Below are positions 38,760 through 51,369 of a stretch of DNA of 64,000 nt, one piece after another. Under the pieces are notes generated by a model. That model was not told the DNA's origin. It did not search any database and saw only the letters and a list, made by a program, of their open reading frames with translations. Location of the stretch: positions 14,944,001 through 15,008,000 of the forward strand of contig NW_024704743.1 in NCBI RefSeq assembly GCF_018977255.1, written 5' to 3'. Position 1 is the stretch's first letter; each line of letters begins with the position of its first letter. The stretch is from Callorhinchus milii (taxonomy: Eukaryota). The position numbers and the translations under genes were made by a program.

Positions 38760-39586
38760 TGATCCAACTGTACCTCTCTGCCTCCACCCTTGACTCCAGG
38801 ACCACTGCTGTCCTGACAGAATGTCTGTCAGACATCAAGTCCTGGGTGAGAGCTAACGTTCTTCAGTTGAACATCAACAAGACCGAGGCTCTCCTGATTG
38901 GGTCCCGTCAGCGCCTCCACACCTCAGGCACTGACAGCATCACCATCCAAGGATGCCCACTCCACCTCACTGAGCCGGTCCAGAACCTTGGTGTCTTGTT
39001 TGACCCTCAACTATCCTTTCTACCCCACATTCGTGCCATGACTCGCTCTGCCTTCCCCCACCTCCGTAACATCGCCCGGCTCCGCCACTGTCTCACACCG
39101 CAGGCTGCCGAAACCCTCATACATGCTTTCGTTATATTGAGGCTCGACTGTATAAACTCCTTGCTTGTCGGCCTCCCCAACTCCTCCCTCCATAGGCTGG
39201 AGATCATCTAGAACTCTGCAGCCCGTGTCCTCTCCAGCACCAGGCTCCTTGACCCTATCGCCCCCAAACTCAGCCAACACCACTGCCTTCCCATCACACC
39301 GAGGATACAGTTCAAGATCCTGGTTCTCACCTTCAAAGCCCTCCATGGTCTTGCTCCCTCCTATCTCTGCAACTTCCTAACCCCCTACCAACCCTCTGCC
39401 TCCCCATTTTTTGCCTCTTTCAAGACTCATCTCAAGACCCTCTTCTTCAACCGTGCTTTCGATGATCCTGCTTCCCCACTTGTCCGCCACCCTCCCAAAT
39501 CCCGACCCGCAGCTCGGGTCCGAAACTCTGACTGTCCAGTACCTTGGGACATCCTCCTGACATGAAAGGCACTATACAAATGTAAT
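38760..39586 (+). mobile_element. L2 3' part (RT C-terminus to tail)
   Basis: LQLNINKTEALLIG...NLGVLFDPQLSF...AAETLIHAFV..RLD. Confidence 0.93.
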
Positions 39587-39843
39587 TAATAATAATAATC
39601 CTTGCATTTGATATAGCGCTTTTCACGTCGGGAGGACGTCCCAAAGCGCTTCACAAAACACACTGTAAAGTGAATTGACTGTATACTTGTGGGCGAACGC
39701 AGCAGCCAATTGCGCTCAGCAATGTCCCACAAACAGTCGTAGATTGAAAATGGCCAATTTATTATTCTTTTTTGTTTTTTGGAGGGATTATTATTCAGCG
39801 TGTTGGAGTAAGGAAACTTGCCCAAGGTTTCGCCCTGCCTGGA
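39587..39843 (-). mobile_element. 5'-truncated short-subfamily SINE inserted in the L2 tail
   Basis: L2 tail ...AAATGTAAT | SINE | TTTGTTGTTGTTG resumes at ~39844. Confidence 0.9.
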
Positions 39844-40110
39844 TTTTGTTGTTGTTGTAAGAGGAACAAAGTGCAGCAATGCAGAGTTAACAATTTGTCA
39901 CGAGCTCCTAGGTGGACTGTTCTGTTTTACTTACATTATATTGGATCGCTTTTATATCTTTGCTACCAAATTTGCCAAGTCTGCTATATCCCCAGCACTA
40001 GGTATTATAACAAAACACAAAATAGTGCAGATGCTGGAATCTGAAACAAAAACAGAGAGGGCTGGGAAAACTCAGCAGGTCAGGCAGCATCTATAGAGAA
40101 AGGAAAGTGA

Positions 40111-40146
40111 TTCAACGTTTAAGGTCCATAACCCTTCGTCAGAACT
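40111..40146 (-). ncRNA. Degenerate minimal hammerhead ribozyme motif of Penelope
   Basis: Minus strand CTGACGA-AGGGTTATGGACCT-TAAACGTT: CUGANGA box, stem II, GAAA changed to UAAA, palindromic AACGTT. Confidence 0.6.
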
Positions 40147-40217
40147 GGGGCATGTTGGGAGGGAGAGGTTTTTAAGGACAAGTTGAGAGGGGGGGAGGCA
40201 GGACAAGGAAGACAAAG

Positions 40218-40387
40218 AACAACGACAATAACAAGATTTCATTTATAGAGCGCCTTTCACGTCAGGAGCACATCCCAAGGCGCTGGACAGTTGGGTCAGG
40301 ACCCGAGCAGGGGGGAAATGGTCAGGGTGAGGGGAGGGAAGGGAGGGAGCGAGGAGGGGGTAGAGAATCAAGAGAGGAGCTGAAGGC
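40218..40387 (-). mobile_element. L2 family A 3' end nested in Penelope, TSD AAGACAAAG
   Basis: AAGACAAAG at 40209-40217 and 40401-40409. Confidence 0.88.
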
Positions 40388-42879
40388 TGAAGATAAAAAA
40401 AAGACAAAGGAGAGAATGTGTTAGTTGACAGGTTGAAGAGGTGATAGTGGGGTAAAACAAAAGGGGGTTTTGTACAACAAAAGGGGGTGTTGAAACAAAA
40501 CTGGGGAGAAGAGGTGTTAATGGTGCAGAACAGGCAACACACCAGAGAGTGCCTGGGGTGATGATTGTAATGGTAACAGAAAGGTGGGGGAGGGAAAGGT
40601 GAGCTGTTACGGTCTGAAGTGGCTAAAATCGATATGGAGGCCAGAGAGCTGTAGGGTACCTAGCAGATAGATAAGATGTTGCTCCTCAAGCTTTCGCTGT
40701 GGATCACTGGAACAGCATAGGAGCCCATGGATGGAGAGGTCAGACTGCGAATGGGAGTGTGAGTTGAAATGACAGGAGACCAGAAGATCAGGGTTGACCT
40801 TGCGTACAGAACGGAGGTTTTGTGCAAATCGGTCAGCCAATCTGCGCTTAGTCTCCCCAATATAGTGGAGACCACACTGTGAGCAGCAGATACAGTATAT
40901 TACATTGGTGGTAGTAAATGTAAACCGCTGTCTTACATGGAAGCTGTGTTTGGGGCCTTGGATAGTGGTCTGGGAGGAGGTGAAAGGGCAGGTAATACAT
41001 TTCTTGCGCTTGCATGGGAAGGTGCCAGGGGAAGGAGAGCAGGTGGTAGTGCTCACAGCGGAATGAACTAAGGAATCCCGGAGGGAACGATCCCTTCGGA
41101 ATGCGGAGAGCGGAGGAGAGGAAAATATGTGTTTGGTGGATGAGTCACGCTGGAGGTGCCGGAAATGTCGGATGATGATGTGCTGAATCGTGAGGCTGCT
41201 GGGGTGGTAGGTGAGGACTAAGGACACCCTATCCCGGTTTCGGGATGGGGCGGAAGGGGTGAGGGCAGAGATGCGGGAAATAGGGCGGACTTGGTCAAGA
41301 GCTTTGGCCGTTACTGTTGATGGGAGTCCTCGGTCGAGGAAAAGTGAGAACATCTCGGTTGCTCTGGCGTGGAAGGTTGCATTGTCAGAGCAGATGGGGC
41401 GGAGGCACTGGGAAAATGGAATGGCATCTTTGCAGGGGGCTGGGTGGCATGAGGTGTCATCAAGGTAGCTGTGGGAGTTAGTGGGCTTGTAGAAAATGTC
41501 TGTGGATAGTCTATTACCTGATGTAGAGATAGTGAAGTAGAGGAAGGGAAGGGAAGAGTCAGAGATGGTCCATGTGAATTTTATGGAGGCTGTGGAAGGT
41601 GGAAGCAACATTTATAAATGCTTCTAACTCACTGCGAGAGCAGGAAGCCTCCGCAACACAGTCATCAATGTACTAGACATTATAGCACTGCTGCAGCAGT
41701 CGCCAGATAGTGACAATGTCATTACTAATCCATACATACATCACTCCCTTAAATTGAAGCTTTATGAATCACGGCTGCAACATAAAGGATTTATTCACAT
41801 GCTCCAACAGAGGACACATATTCTGTTTAACTGCTTCAAAAACGTCTGTATTGGCTTTCTCAGAAACGGCAAACACATTTCTCAGAGGGAAAGTTATTTA
41901 ATTTGCATCGTGTTGGGGGTGTGGGTGGGCGAAGAAAAAGCTATGATGGAAGATGAGAGATTCTTTATAGAGAACTTAAAACAGCAGAGAAAATTTTTTT
42001 TTCAAGCGGAGCGAATTGGTTCATTAGCTTTAAAAATATAAAATAGCTTCTTGATGAGACTTAATGGAGAGAAATTCAAACATGCATTTATTAGAATCTC
42101 TCCTTTAAGCCTCAGGAAGACAGGTAGTTTCCAGTACAATGGATTCATAGCAAAGATAATCACAGATAATTACCTCCATTAAGAACTCCTCAGGCGAGGC
42201 TGTTTCAGAACCTCAGGACATTTTAATAATGGATCTAGAACATTTTATGAGCTGTTCTAACAGAATGTAATCTTACTGCAGAGAAATTAAATATATTAAA
42301 GGGCAATGTTTCCATTCTGTCTATAAGGTAATAATAATCCTTACATTTGATACAGCGCCTTCATGTCATGAGGTTGTCTCAAAGGTGTTATGGTATTTAC
42401 TGTAATGTGTAGTGACTGTGCAATCTGCAGTCGAATGCAGCATTCACCTGTTTGGTAGAAGAAATAAAGATGCCCCAAAGTAGATGGCAAAAATATTCAA
42501 CTACAGAGGAAATCATGGTAAGTTATGTGAGACTGGACCATAGTAGAAAACAATACATAAAATAGCACAATCAATGCACTGAACTAGAAGTCCATTCAGG
42601 AAAGTCTGTTTCAATTACTATAACAACTTCAAACAAAATAGCAGCAGATGCCAGGCTATAAAAGTGGATTGCCTCAAATCTGCTACCATTCTTTTTGGAA
42701 GAAAACCAGTCAAGCTGTTTCCACTAATTGTAAAAGGAGCAGAGACAGTAGAGCTGTGATAGCATCTGCTGCTGAACTAGTGGATCCCAAAAACAATCAG
42801 AGAAAGTTTAAAGCACAAACAAAGGCCATTCAGTTGGTGATCGATGTAGTGTGAGGCCATGTAGTTAAAACACTTGTAG

Positions 42880-43209
42880 TAATAATAATAATCCTCACCT
42901 TATCACATTGTTGAGATATATCAAAGAGCTTCATAGAATATACTGTAAAGTGAATTGATTTTTTGGGTGAAATACAGCAGCCAATTGCGGACAGTAGTGT
43001 CCCACAAACAGTCGTGGATTGAGTGACCAAAAAAATGTTTTTTTTTAAGAGAGTATTATGCCAGGAAGTGATCCGCTAATCGACTAACAACCAGATTCCT
43101 ACTTACTGCTAGGTAAACAGAAACTTGTAGAGTAAAGAAACTTGCCTAAGAAGTAAACCCAGGTCCTTTCACTTGCGAGGAGAGTACTCTAACCAATACA
43201 CTACAGGAC
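42880..43209 (-). mobile_element. SINE, long subfamily, with deletions
   Basis: Homologous to 28332-28701. Confidence 0.85.
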
Positions 43210-43854
43210 AGCAACAATGCACCTATCTTGAGTGGATAACTCTCATTACAAAGCCTATATGAATGCTAAATACACAGTACGCTGGCTTTGATGTGATTCA
43301 ACATATTTGACAATGTGACTTATTTATTATTGGGGTCACCTTGCTCTCATTTAACAAAAAAAATACAATTCGGCTCTCAAGGATTACTTTACAATGATCA
43401 GACCAAAGAGCATACTGCTTTTGAAGAACCATCCTCTCTTTCCCAGACACCATCTTAGGAACCTGTGGCTCCAAAGACCACCAAACTAAGGCAGAAGGAA
43501 GATATTCAATGAGCAGATTAGCACATAACAGGCCCAGTATCCCAGTTTAATCAAGTAACAACAATGACTTGCACTTATATAGCGCCCTCCAAACAGGGTA
43601 GCGTCTCAGAGTGCTTTCAAGTTTGGGGAAGCCACAACAGAGGTTCGTTGAGTAAATGGAATTGTTGCAAGCAAAAGGCAAACTTATAAAGCCTTAATAT
43701 TTTGTTTTTGGTCTGCCGCGTGTCTGTCACATGCAGAAATCCATCACCACGCTTAAGAGTATCCAAACCAGACTGAGAGTTCCATTACAAACCTTAAGCA
43801 TCTTTCTAGATCTGTTCCTATATTTTCCTCTCTCTATATTTCTATCTGTCTGTC

Positions 43855-44235
43855 TTACATTTGTATAACGTCTTTCACTTCGGGAGGATGCCCCAAGATG
43901 CTGGACAATCAGGATTTCAACCCAAGCTGGGGTTCGGGATTAGGAGAGGTGGAGGGTTGGGGTAGGGGGGCTGACCAAAGGCGTGGTCGAAGGGTAGGGT
44001 CTTGAGACGGACCTTGAATGAGGTAAGTGAGGGGGCAAGGCATAGGGAATGTGGGATGGAGTTCAAAAAGGATGGGGGCAGAGAGGCTAAAGGGCCAACC
44101 CGCAATGGTGTGGCACGTCGGGCAGAGGGAGAGGGCGTAAGCCTCTGAGCGGATGGAGCAGACAGATATGTTTGGAGTTAGCAGATCATAGAGGTAGGTA
44201 GGGGCATGGCTGTGGAGGGCTTTGAAGGCAAGCAG
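43855..44235 (-). mobile_element. L2 3' fragment
   Basis: FKVRLKTLPFDHAF and tail hairpin. Confidence 0.8.
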
Positions 44236-45649
44236 AGAGTTCTAGAGTCTTGGGTGTAGTGGCCACCAATAATGAAGCAGAGGGCACGAAGGACATACTG
44301 GAGGCCAGAGGCAGCTGAGCGAAGGGGGTGGGTCAAGGAGTTGGGTGTAACTACCTCAATCCTGGTTCATGACCTTATATTTTCACTCCAGTGAGAATGA
44401 ACTGCACTCATCTAGCGTATTATAAAAAAGTAAAAGTTAGTTTATTTTGGTTCAAACAGTCCATTTAATTTCAGGCAAAAACCTCAGAGTGTGTTCACAC
44501 TCACGAACCAGTATCAGGTGAAATGATTTTTCTTTTGTTTGTTTGCAGCAACAGCACATTACTGTGACAACGCTTCACATGCAGTTCTGGGCATGGATAT
44601 GAAATGAAACAGGCGAGCAGCTGTTGCTGGGGTTACGTGAAAGGAAAGTAGCAGAGATTGGTATCTCATTGCTGGAGGAACTCTTTGAGAAAGGCTGAGA
44701 AGGTAAACCATAATGTTCCAAAATGCAGTTGCGCAGAGATGCAGAGATCTCATTCAGCTACAAATCTAATTATCAAAGCCCCTTTGACTGTTCAACTGTG
44801 CAAATATACATCATATGTAGCTAATAAATGTGCCATAAATGAAATTTATAACACCTGATATACAAAAAGATCAATGTGAGTTTTTGAAATGGGTATTTTT
44901 GAATGTTTCAACTCTCCATGGTTCTCTCGGTAGCCTATAATTATTCACAGACTAGGGTTTCTGAAAGGTCTTTGCAAAATTTCCGCATTCTATTCTTCAA
45001 GGAGTCGCGGGGAGGGAGGAGGAGAGAGGTGAGGTGATGGATCTATTCTTAGCAAAGGATATCATCTGGCTCAATTTCTTTCATGTTATTTTGACACACA
45101 ATCAATTTACTTTGCGGTCCCCTGTTACACAGCAAAAGACAGAATGAGAACACCTACATTGAGTGAGCCACAGGCTGACACTCGTTTCAATGGTCCTGTG
45201 AGCAAGTGTCACTCAGCGCAGAATGTAATTTGTAGGCTCTATCTTCCAGAGCAGAGATTTGCCTACTCCATACTTCCTGCTTCTTTGCTGTTGACCTTTG
45301 AGGGCTGATTTAACATGAACGCTTGATTAATTTCATTATCTTTGACATATAGTAGGAAGCATTGTGTTTGAGCTCTGAATAATTAACTGCCTCTTCCTTA
45401 TTATTTTATAGCCCATTTAATACAAATAATACAATACTTAATTAAAATATTTGTGCGCACATCAATTTTTTCTCCTTGCCTTGTTGTGTAGATTATTTTC
45501 TATGCCCAAAGGTCCACAGTGATAGTGGTGAACCATTTATTCTGAATGACTTGAGTTTACAGTACACATTACTCTGTTTCTGTCACCCGGACGCTACCCA
45601 CGTGAAGGGTGCTATATAGATGCAAGTTATTGTTGTCTTCAAATTGCAT

Positions 45650-46610
45650 TTTGAAACTATAAACCTGTGTCCCTTTATTCTTCTGCCTGATTATATTTAA
45701 AACTATTGTTCTGGGTTTACTTTCTCAATTTCAATTAAAATCTTACATACCCAGAAAGTCACGTACGAGAAGTCTCTTTTCAAGACTAAGAACTCTAACA
45801 CATGGTAATCTCTGCTTGTAGCTCATTCCTCTAACATTGTGGATCATCCTCTGCACTGTAATTTATGGTGAGGTGTGCCCACTGCATGATTCTTACTTAT
45901 TCGCTCTTGCCACCTAAAGGAATTTTGTTCCTAGAACTCCACAATTAATAATTTCAGAACCATAATAATAATTCTTGCATTTGATATAGCGTCTTATCAT
46001 GTCTTCAGGACATCTCAAAGCGTTTCACAGAATACGCTGTGTATTTTTGTGGGCGAAACTCATACATGCATACACATGTACATATACGTACACACTTACT
46101 TACACAGTACTCCTGACCAGAGCACTATATAGCTTGAGTATGAAGTCTGGGGACCTGAACTGATTTAGCAAAGTAGCCAAGATTTTTTTTTGCCTTGTTT
46201 ACAACAACTTGCATTTATAGAGTGCCCTTCATGCAGGGCAGTGTCTTTGAGCTATTAACAGCAGTGGAACCAACACTGAGCCAGAGGGAAGGAAAGATGT
46301 AATGGTAAGGACGGTCGAAGAGAACGGTCTTCAGTTATGATTTAAAAGAGGGGGAAAGACACAAGGATTGAGTTCCAAAGCTTTGGGGCAAATTGGCTGA
46401 AAACGCGGCCACCATTGATGGAGTGGAGGGGAAGAGGGACAAGCAGGAGGCCTGAGCCAGCTGAGCGGAGGCAGCAGGTAGTGGAGTGGGGAGAGAGGAG
46501 GTCAGAAAGGTATGGAGGTGCCAAGGCATGAAGGGATTTGTAGACAAGTGAGAGGATCTTGAAAAGTTTATTGCTGTTTCACACAGTTTTGACATGGTCA
46601 ACGAACACCT
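45650..46610 (-). mobile_element. Old CR1 fragments interleaved with a SINE tail (45963-46040) and an L2 3' fragment (46200-46565)
   Basis: CR1 pieces match 11900-12540; L2 APPYLSDLL...INGGRVFSQFAPKLWNS. Confidence 0.75.
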
Positions 46611-47147
46611 CCAGTTTTTTTTCAGCTACCCCAACCAGGCACAATAGCTAGGCAAAGTAGAGTAAGCACAGAGACAGGAGATGACTCACAAGGAGGAGGT
46701 GGATCAGAAGAGATGTTTCTGGACAAATTGACAAGATTATGGTAATTGATGATCACTAACCAAGAGAACGTTAATCATGTATGCTCAGCGACATTGAGGA
46801 TCCTACACTATTTTTAATCTGGTGTACCCAGGTGTGCTGGCCTGTTTTCAGTTCAGGAGATTTTCTCATTAACATTTCTCTTGTCATGGATGTATCAGGT
46901 GCTTGCAACAAGCAATCGATATTTTGTGAAGCACCTACATCAATTAATTCCCTGTGTGTCTGGCATCTTTTGCTCTCTGGTCAGCTATTTTGTTCCTTCA
47001 TGTAGCGCAGGGTGATGCATTTGGAAAGCAATACATTAGGGGCTCACACTCTAAACCTTGACTGGGCATGTTCCTCTGGTTGGTAAAGTTATCAGTTTCT
47101 CTGGTCAGTAAAGTTACGTTTCTTGCAGAGTGCTCTTGTGTGAATGT

Positions 47148-47515
47148 AATAATAATATAATAATAATCCTTGCATTTGATGTAGCCCCTTATCACATTTT
47201 CACGTTTCAAAGGGCTTCACAGTATGTACTGTAAAGTGAACTGACTGTATATTTTGTTGGCGAAACACAGCAGCCAATTGCGCACACACAAACATGGATT
47301 GAGGTGGATTGAGTGGCCACATTTTTTTTAAGGGATTATTCCCCCCAGAAAGCAATATGCCAATCGACTAAAAAACAGGTTCCTACTTACTGTTAGGTAA
47401 ATAGAGGCATGTAGAGTAAGGAAACTTACCGAAGGTTTCACCCTGCCCTGGAATTGAACCAGGGTTCTCTCGCTTGCGAGACGAGCGCAATAACCAATAT
47501 GCTACAGGACTCCAC
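47148..47515 (-). mobile_element. Full-length SINE, long subfamily
   Basis: Homologous to 28332-28701. Confidence 0.88.
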
Positions 47516-47694
47516 TATACTGAAGTACCTGAGCACATCAGTATTGAGCCCAGCCTAAATTACATGAGCTTCAAAATAATGAATTTACTCTTTTTCTCTA
47601 TTATACAAGGAATTTCTGAGGGAATGGAAACAATCCTTCTACAGCTCTTTTGATTCTTTCTCTTGCCACATTTTGAATCACTGTAATGACTTCT

Positions 47695-48010
47695 TAAGCC
47701 TGGCTCAGTCAGTAACATTCTCACCACTGCATTAAAAGGTTGTGACTTTATGCCCCACAGCAGGACTTTGAAATCATAGTCCAAGCTGGCAACCCACTCC
47801 ACAGTGCTGGGAGAAGGGTTACATTGTTGGAGGTGGCGTCCTTCAGATGAGACGTTAAACCAAGCTCCCATCTGCCTGCTCAGGTGAACGTTAAAGATCC
47901 CATGGTGCTATTCGAAAAGAGAAGTGAATTTCTCCCAGTGTTCTGGACAACAATCTCACAGATAAAATCAGTCATTCACTTTATAGCTGTGTGTGGGACA
48001 CAGAATTTGG
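47695..48010 (+). mobile_element. Old Deu-domain SINE
   Basis: GATGAGACGTTAAACC...CAGGTGAACGTTAAAGATCCCATGG Deu block. Confidence 0.8.
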
Positions 48011-50289
48011 CATTGTTTTTGTTCAACACAATAACTTCAGTTTGTACTTACATTATGGTCAGCATCTTAAGGCACTGCACAGAGATGATGGGGAACACTG
48101 AGCAGGAAGGAGAGGAAGAACAATTTAACTGTGTTGACCAAAGTCATGATAGGAAGGGGTTTTGAAGGTAGGGAAAGGAGCAAGGCAAGGATAATTTGTG
48201 AAATCACGACGGCATGGTGACAAAAAGCTGAGCCAAGGTGGGACGGAATGAGTAAGGAGTGAGCAATGGACCACAGTTAGAAGGCTAGAGGGCACGATGG
48301 AAAGGTAGGGCTGGAAGAGATGACATAGGTATTGACAGGCAAAAATGGATTTGATATTCAACGTAAAGATCTTAAAATCGATCCATTGGGTTTAAGGATT
48401 CAAGATTGTTAAGCAATACAACAGATGTACCGAAGGAATCTTTTGGAGTGTTGAATTGGTAGCCAAGATGGACCAAAATGGTTTGAAAGTTATTACTAAG
48501 TGAGGCTCCTAAACATTAGCTCAATACAGGGCTGCCCTGATAATGTCCCATTCTAGTTTAGTGCATTAATATTTTCCAAGTTGGCCCATTGAAAAACCCA
48601 TTCTATTACTGTAGGTTCAGTGGAAACTGAAGCCCACGTACCTTGTTCTATCCTGTCTAAGAAATTGCAATGTCTTATTCCACCCAGTGTCACATATGCA
48701 TTTATACCCCAGGAATAAATTGATTTGTAATAACCTACAATACGTAGTCTTATAAGTTTAGGTTTAATCTTTTCTTTAGTGATTTTGACAATTACATTAT
48801 AGCGACAGCCGGCTTAAGGAGTTTTCGCCAGCGAAGTTTCTTGGCAGGAGACTAATAAAACATGACAGCTTGTATAATACACAGAATATTATGGACAACA
48901 AGTCCAATACTCTACCAGTAGGGGAAAGAAAATGGCTTAATTATTTCTCATAAAATAGACATTAGGAGAGTCTGGTTTAAATTGGAAGAGCAATAATGAG
49001 AAATATTCTAGAGGAGGTTTCATTAAAATTCACCAGATTAACATATGTGATGTTCTGTCCCTGTGCTGTGTGTGAACTCACACCTGCAGGTGATAATAAG
49101 ATGCAGCACCAAATGAGCTGAGGAAATGTAAATTACACACCAAGGCAGCGCTGCTGATTTCACATTCCTCTGGTTCTGTTCTGTGTCAGGCTCAGAGCTA
49201 ATTGCTGCCTAAAGTGAACAGACAGCTGGTACTACTCTGGCCACTCCGAGCTCAAACCAGTAGGATTGAAAGGAAAGGGGGAGAGAAAAATACACTTTGC
49301 TATTTTCTGACTGAAAGCATTCCAAGGGGATGAAAACTGCTAAATTCAGTTCTGAATATGACTGCAGGAGTACAAACTCCTTTTGTCAGCGGCCTGAAGT
49401 AACAAAAAATCAATGCTTACCCTCTGAGAAGCCCCAGTCATGAACCCATCCAACCTCTTTCCCTGGTATAATGTGTTGAAGCACTGATGCTCAATACCAC
49501 TTTGCACCTTCGACTTCTTCATTCCCTGTGTTTCCTTTAATTAACCTTTAATAGGTTCTTGTGTTTTATCTGGAAATGTAGTCCCATTAGGGCCATACTG
49601 AAAACATGCTGTGGTATCCTGTGTTGTAAGAAGATGATAAACTATGGATTGAAAAGAAACCATTCTCTGCACCAGCCAGATATAATTTGTTCTACCTTAA
49701 TCTCCCTTGTCCCTGTTTGATGTTCTGTATTTTTCTATTAAGCACTCCGAGATCTTGATCCTACATGAAAGACACTAACATGACAGCAAGTTGTTGTTGC
49801 TGATGCACTCTACCCAACATCGAGGGAGGCAACTGGCCACAAATAAATCTCCAGGGAGAAAATGCTCCTGTACAATGTTTCTCCCTCAGCTTCAAAGAGT
49901 ATTTAATCAATTGTGTTTATTTTTATAACCTTCAAACGCAGAGCATTTTATTATTTTCTTTGTTTTGACTTTCTTTCTTTGCACTCCAATTCTCTCAAAT
50001 GTTTTCTTGCGTTTCTCTATCAACAATAAAGTGACGAATATGCCAGTTTACTGCATTTAATTGGTTTAATTGGATTAACATGCTACAGTTTACTGCATTT
50101 AATTGGATACAGCCAAGACAATGAGCTGTACTCATGAATGTCCAGACAGTTTTATTGTCAATCAACTAACCAGCGGAACAGGATCTGTGCTTTCTGTGAC
50201 TTAGCCCTGGACTTTACACATTCCTCTCATTCGAATGCAAACCTCTCAGAAACCTATACCATCTGCATGTTACAACATGAGTAATAGAT

Positions 50290-50715
50290 GTCAACCTGGT
50301 TCAGTTGATCGCGCTTTCACCTGAGTCAGAAGGTTGTGGGTTCAAAGCCCATCTTTGAACTCATAGCTGACACTTCATTGTAGTGTTTGGTGTGTGCTGA
50401 ATTGTTGCAATGTTGCCCATAGGATGAGAAATTAAACCAAGGTTGTGTCCACCTGTTCTGGCAGACATTTGAAGTTCCATGGAACTATTTAAAAAAGAGC
50501 AGGGAGTTTCTCCTGGTGTCCTAGCCAACGATTCTTCAGATAAAATTGCTCTTTCATTTCATTGGCTGTTTGTGGGAGAATGTTTATGCAAAAATTGGCT
50601 GCAATTTTGACCAAAAATATACCATCATTACACTTTACAGTGAATCCCATTAAGCACTTTGGGAAGTCCGCCTGCTGTGAAAGGCACCATTATTTCAAAA
50701 CAAGGATTATTATTC
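50290..50715 (+). mobile_element. Old full-length Deu-domain SINE
   Basis: tRNA-like head (CTGAGTCAGAAGGTTGTGGGTTCAAA), Deu block, L2-type tail. Confidence 0.85.
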
Positions 50716-51369
50716 ATATGTTTTCCCTCTTTCAAACACATCTATATTGGAGACAGCATCATAAATAATGAATGTTACGAGATTCTGGACAATAAAGAAT
50801 TTTGTGAAAAAACTACTTTATACAATTATTTTAACAAAACTTTTTGAAACTTTTTAAAAAGAATATTATATAACCTTCACAATCCATTGCAGTCCTTTGC
50901 CTTTTATCTCGATTTACTTCAATAATACAGGGCAACCTGGTTTTAACCCCATCCCAACACAGCACACCTAGTTTCTGTCGCTGACAAGATGGTTTCCTTT
51001 GCTAAAAAATAGCTGACTTCAGCTTTTGTCAGGTCATTCCTGATATCATTTCCTGCTTCCATAAGACACCAGCATTGTGTGCACAGGTAATGTCACTTCC
51101 TGCGAGTTGTACACTATGCACAGGAAGCAACATGCTAACATGACTTTGTGAAGTAAGTGGCACATAACACACAGCACACAGCAATCAACATCAGTAAATT
51201 GCATTTATACAATGTCTTTCTCATTGGGAGGACAGGGTTTATACCCGAGCTGGCAGTTGGATTTGAAAGGAATGGGGGCCAAGGGGGTGGTAAGATGACT
51301 GAAGTGACATCAATGCAGATGTGACAACCCAGAAATCTTCAGGTTTGCTGCATATTGCTTTAAGGCTTA

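Larger units (their letters stand above)
40015..41675 (-). mobile_element. Penelope-like retroelement, 5'-truncated (RT YIDD, thumb, GIY-YIG endonuclease, terminal region)
   Basis: YIDD at 41661-41672; ORF 40607-41611 has LSTDIFYKPTNSHSYL, VLTYHP and NVIYCICCSQCGLHYIGETKRRLADRF (GIY-YIG). Confidence 0.93.

Noticed and set aside
49420..49618. Possible minus-strand exon ending at GG/GTAAGC
   Set aside because: Stops in all three frames; a non-coding exon cannot be supported from sequence alone.
51186..51335. 5' LTR and primer-binding site of the Gypsy relic
   Set aside because: No match to the 52734-52915 LTR; the region is an L2 tail, and TGACAACCCAG is only weakly PBS-like.
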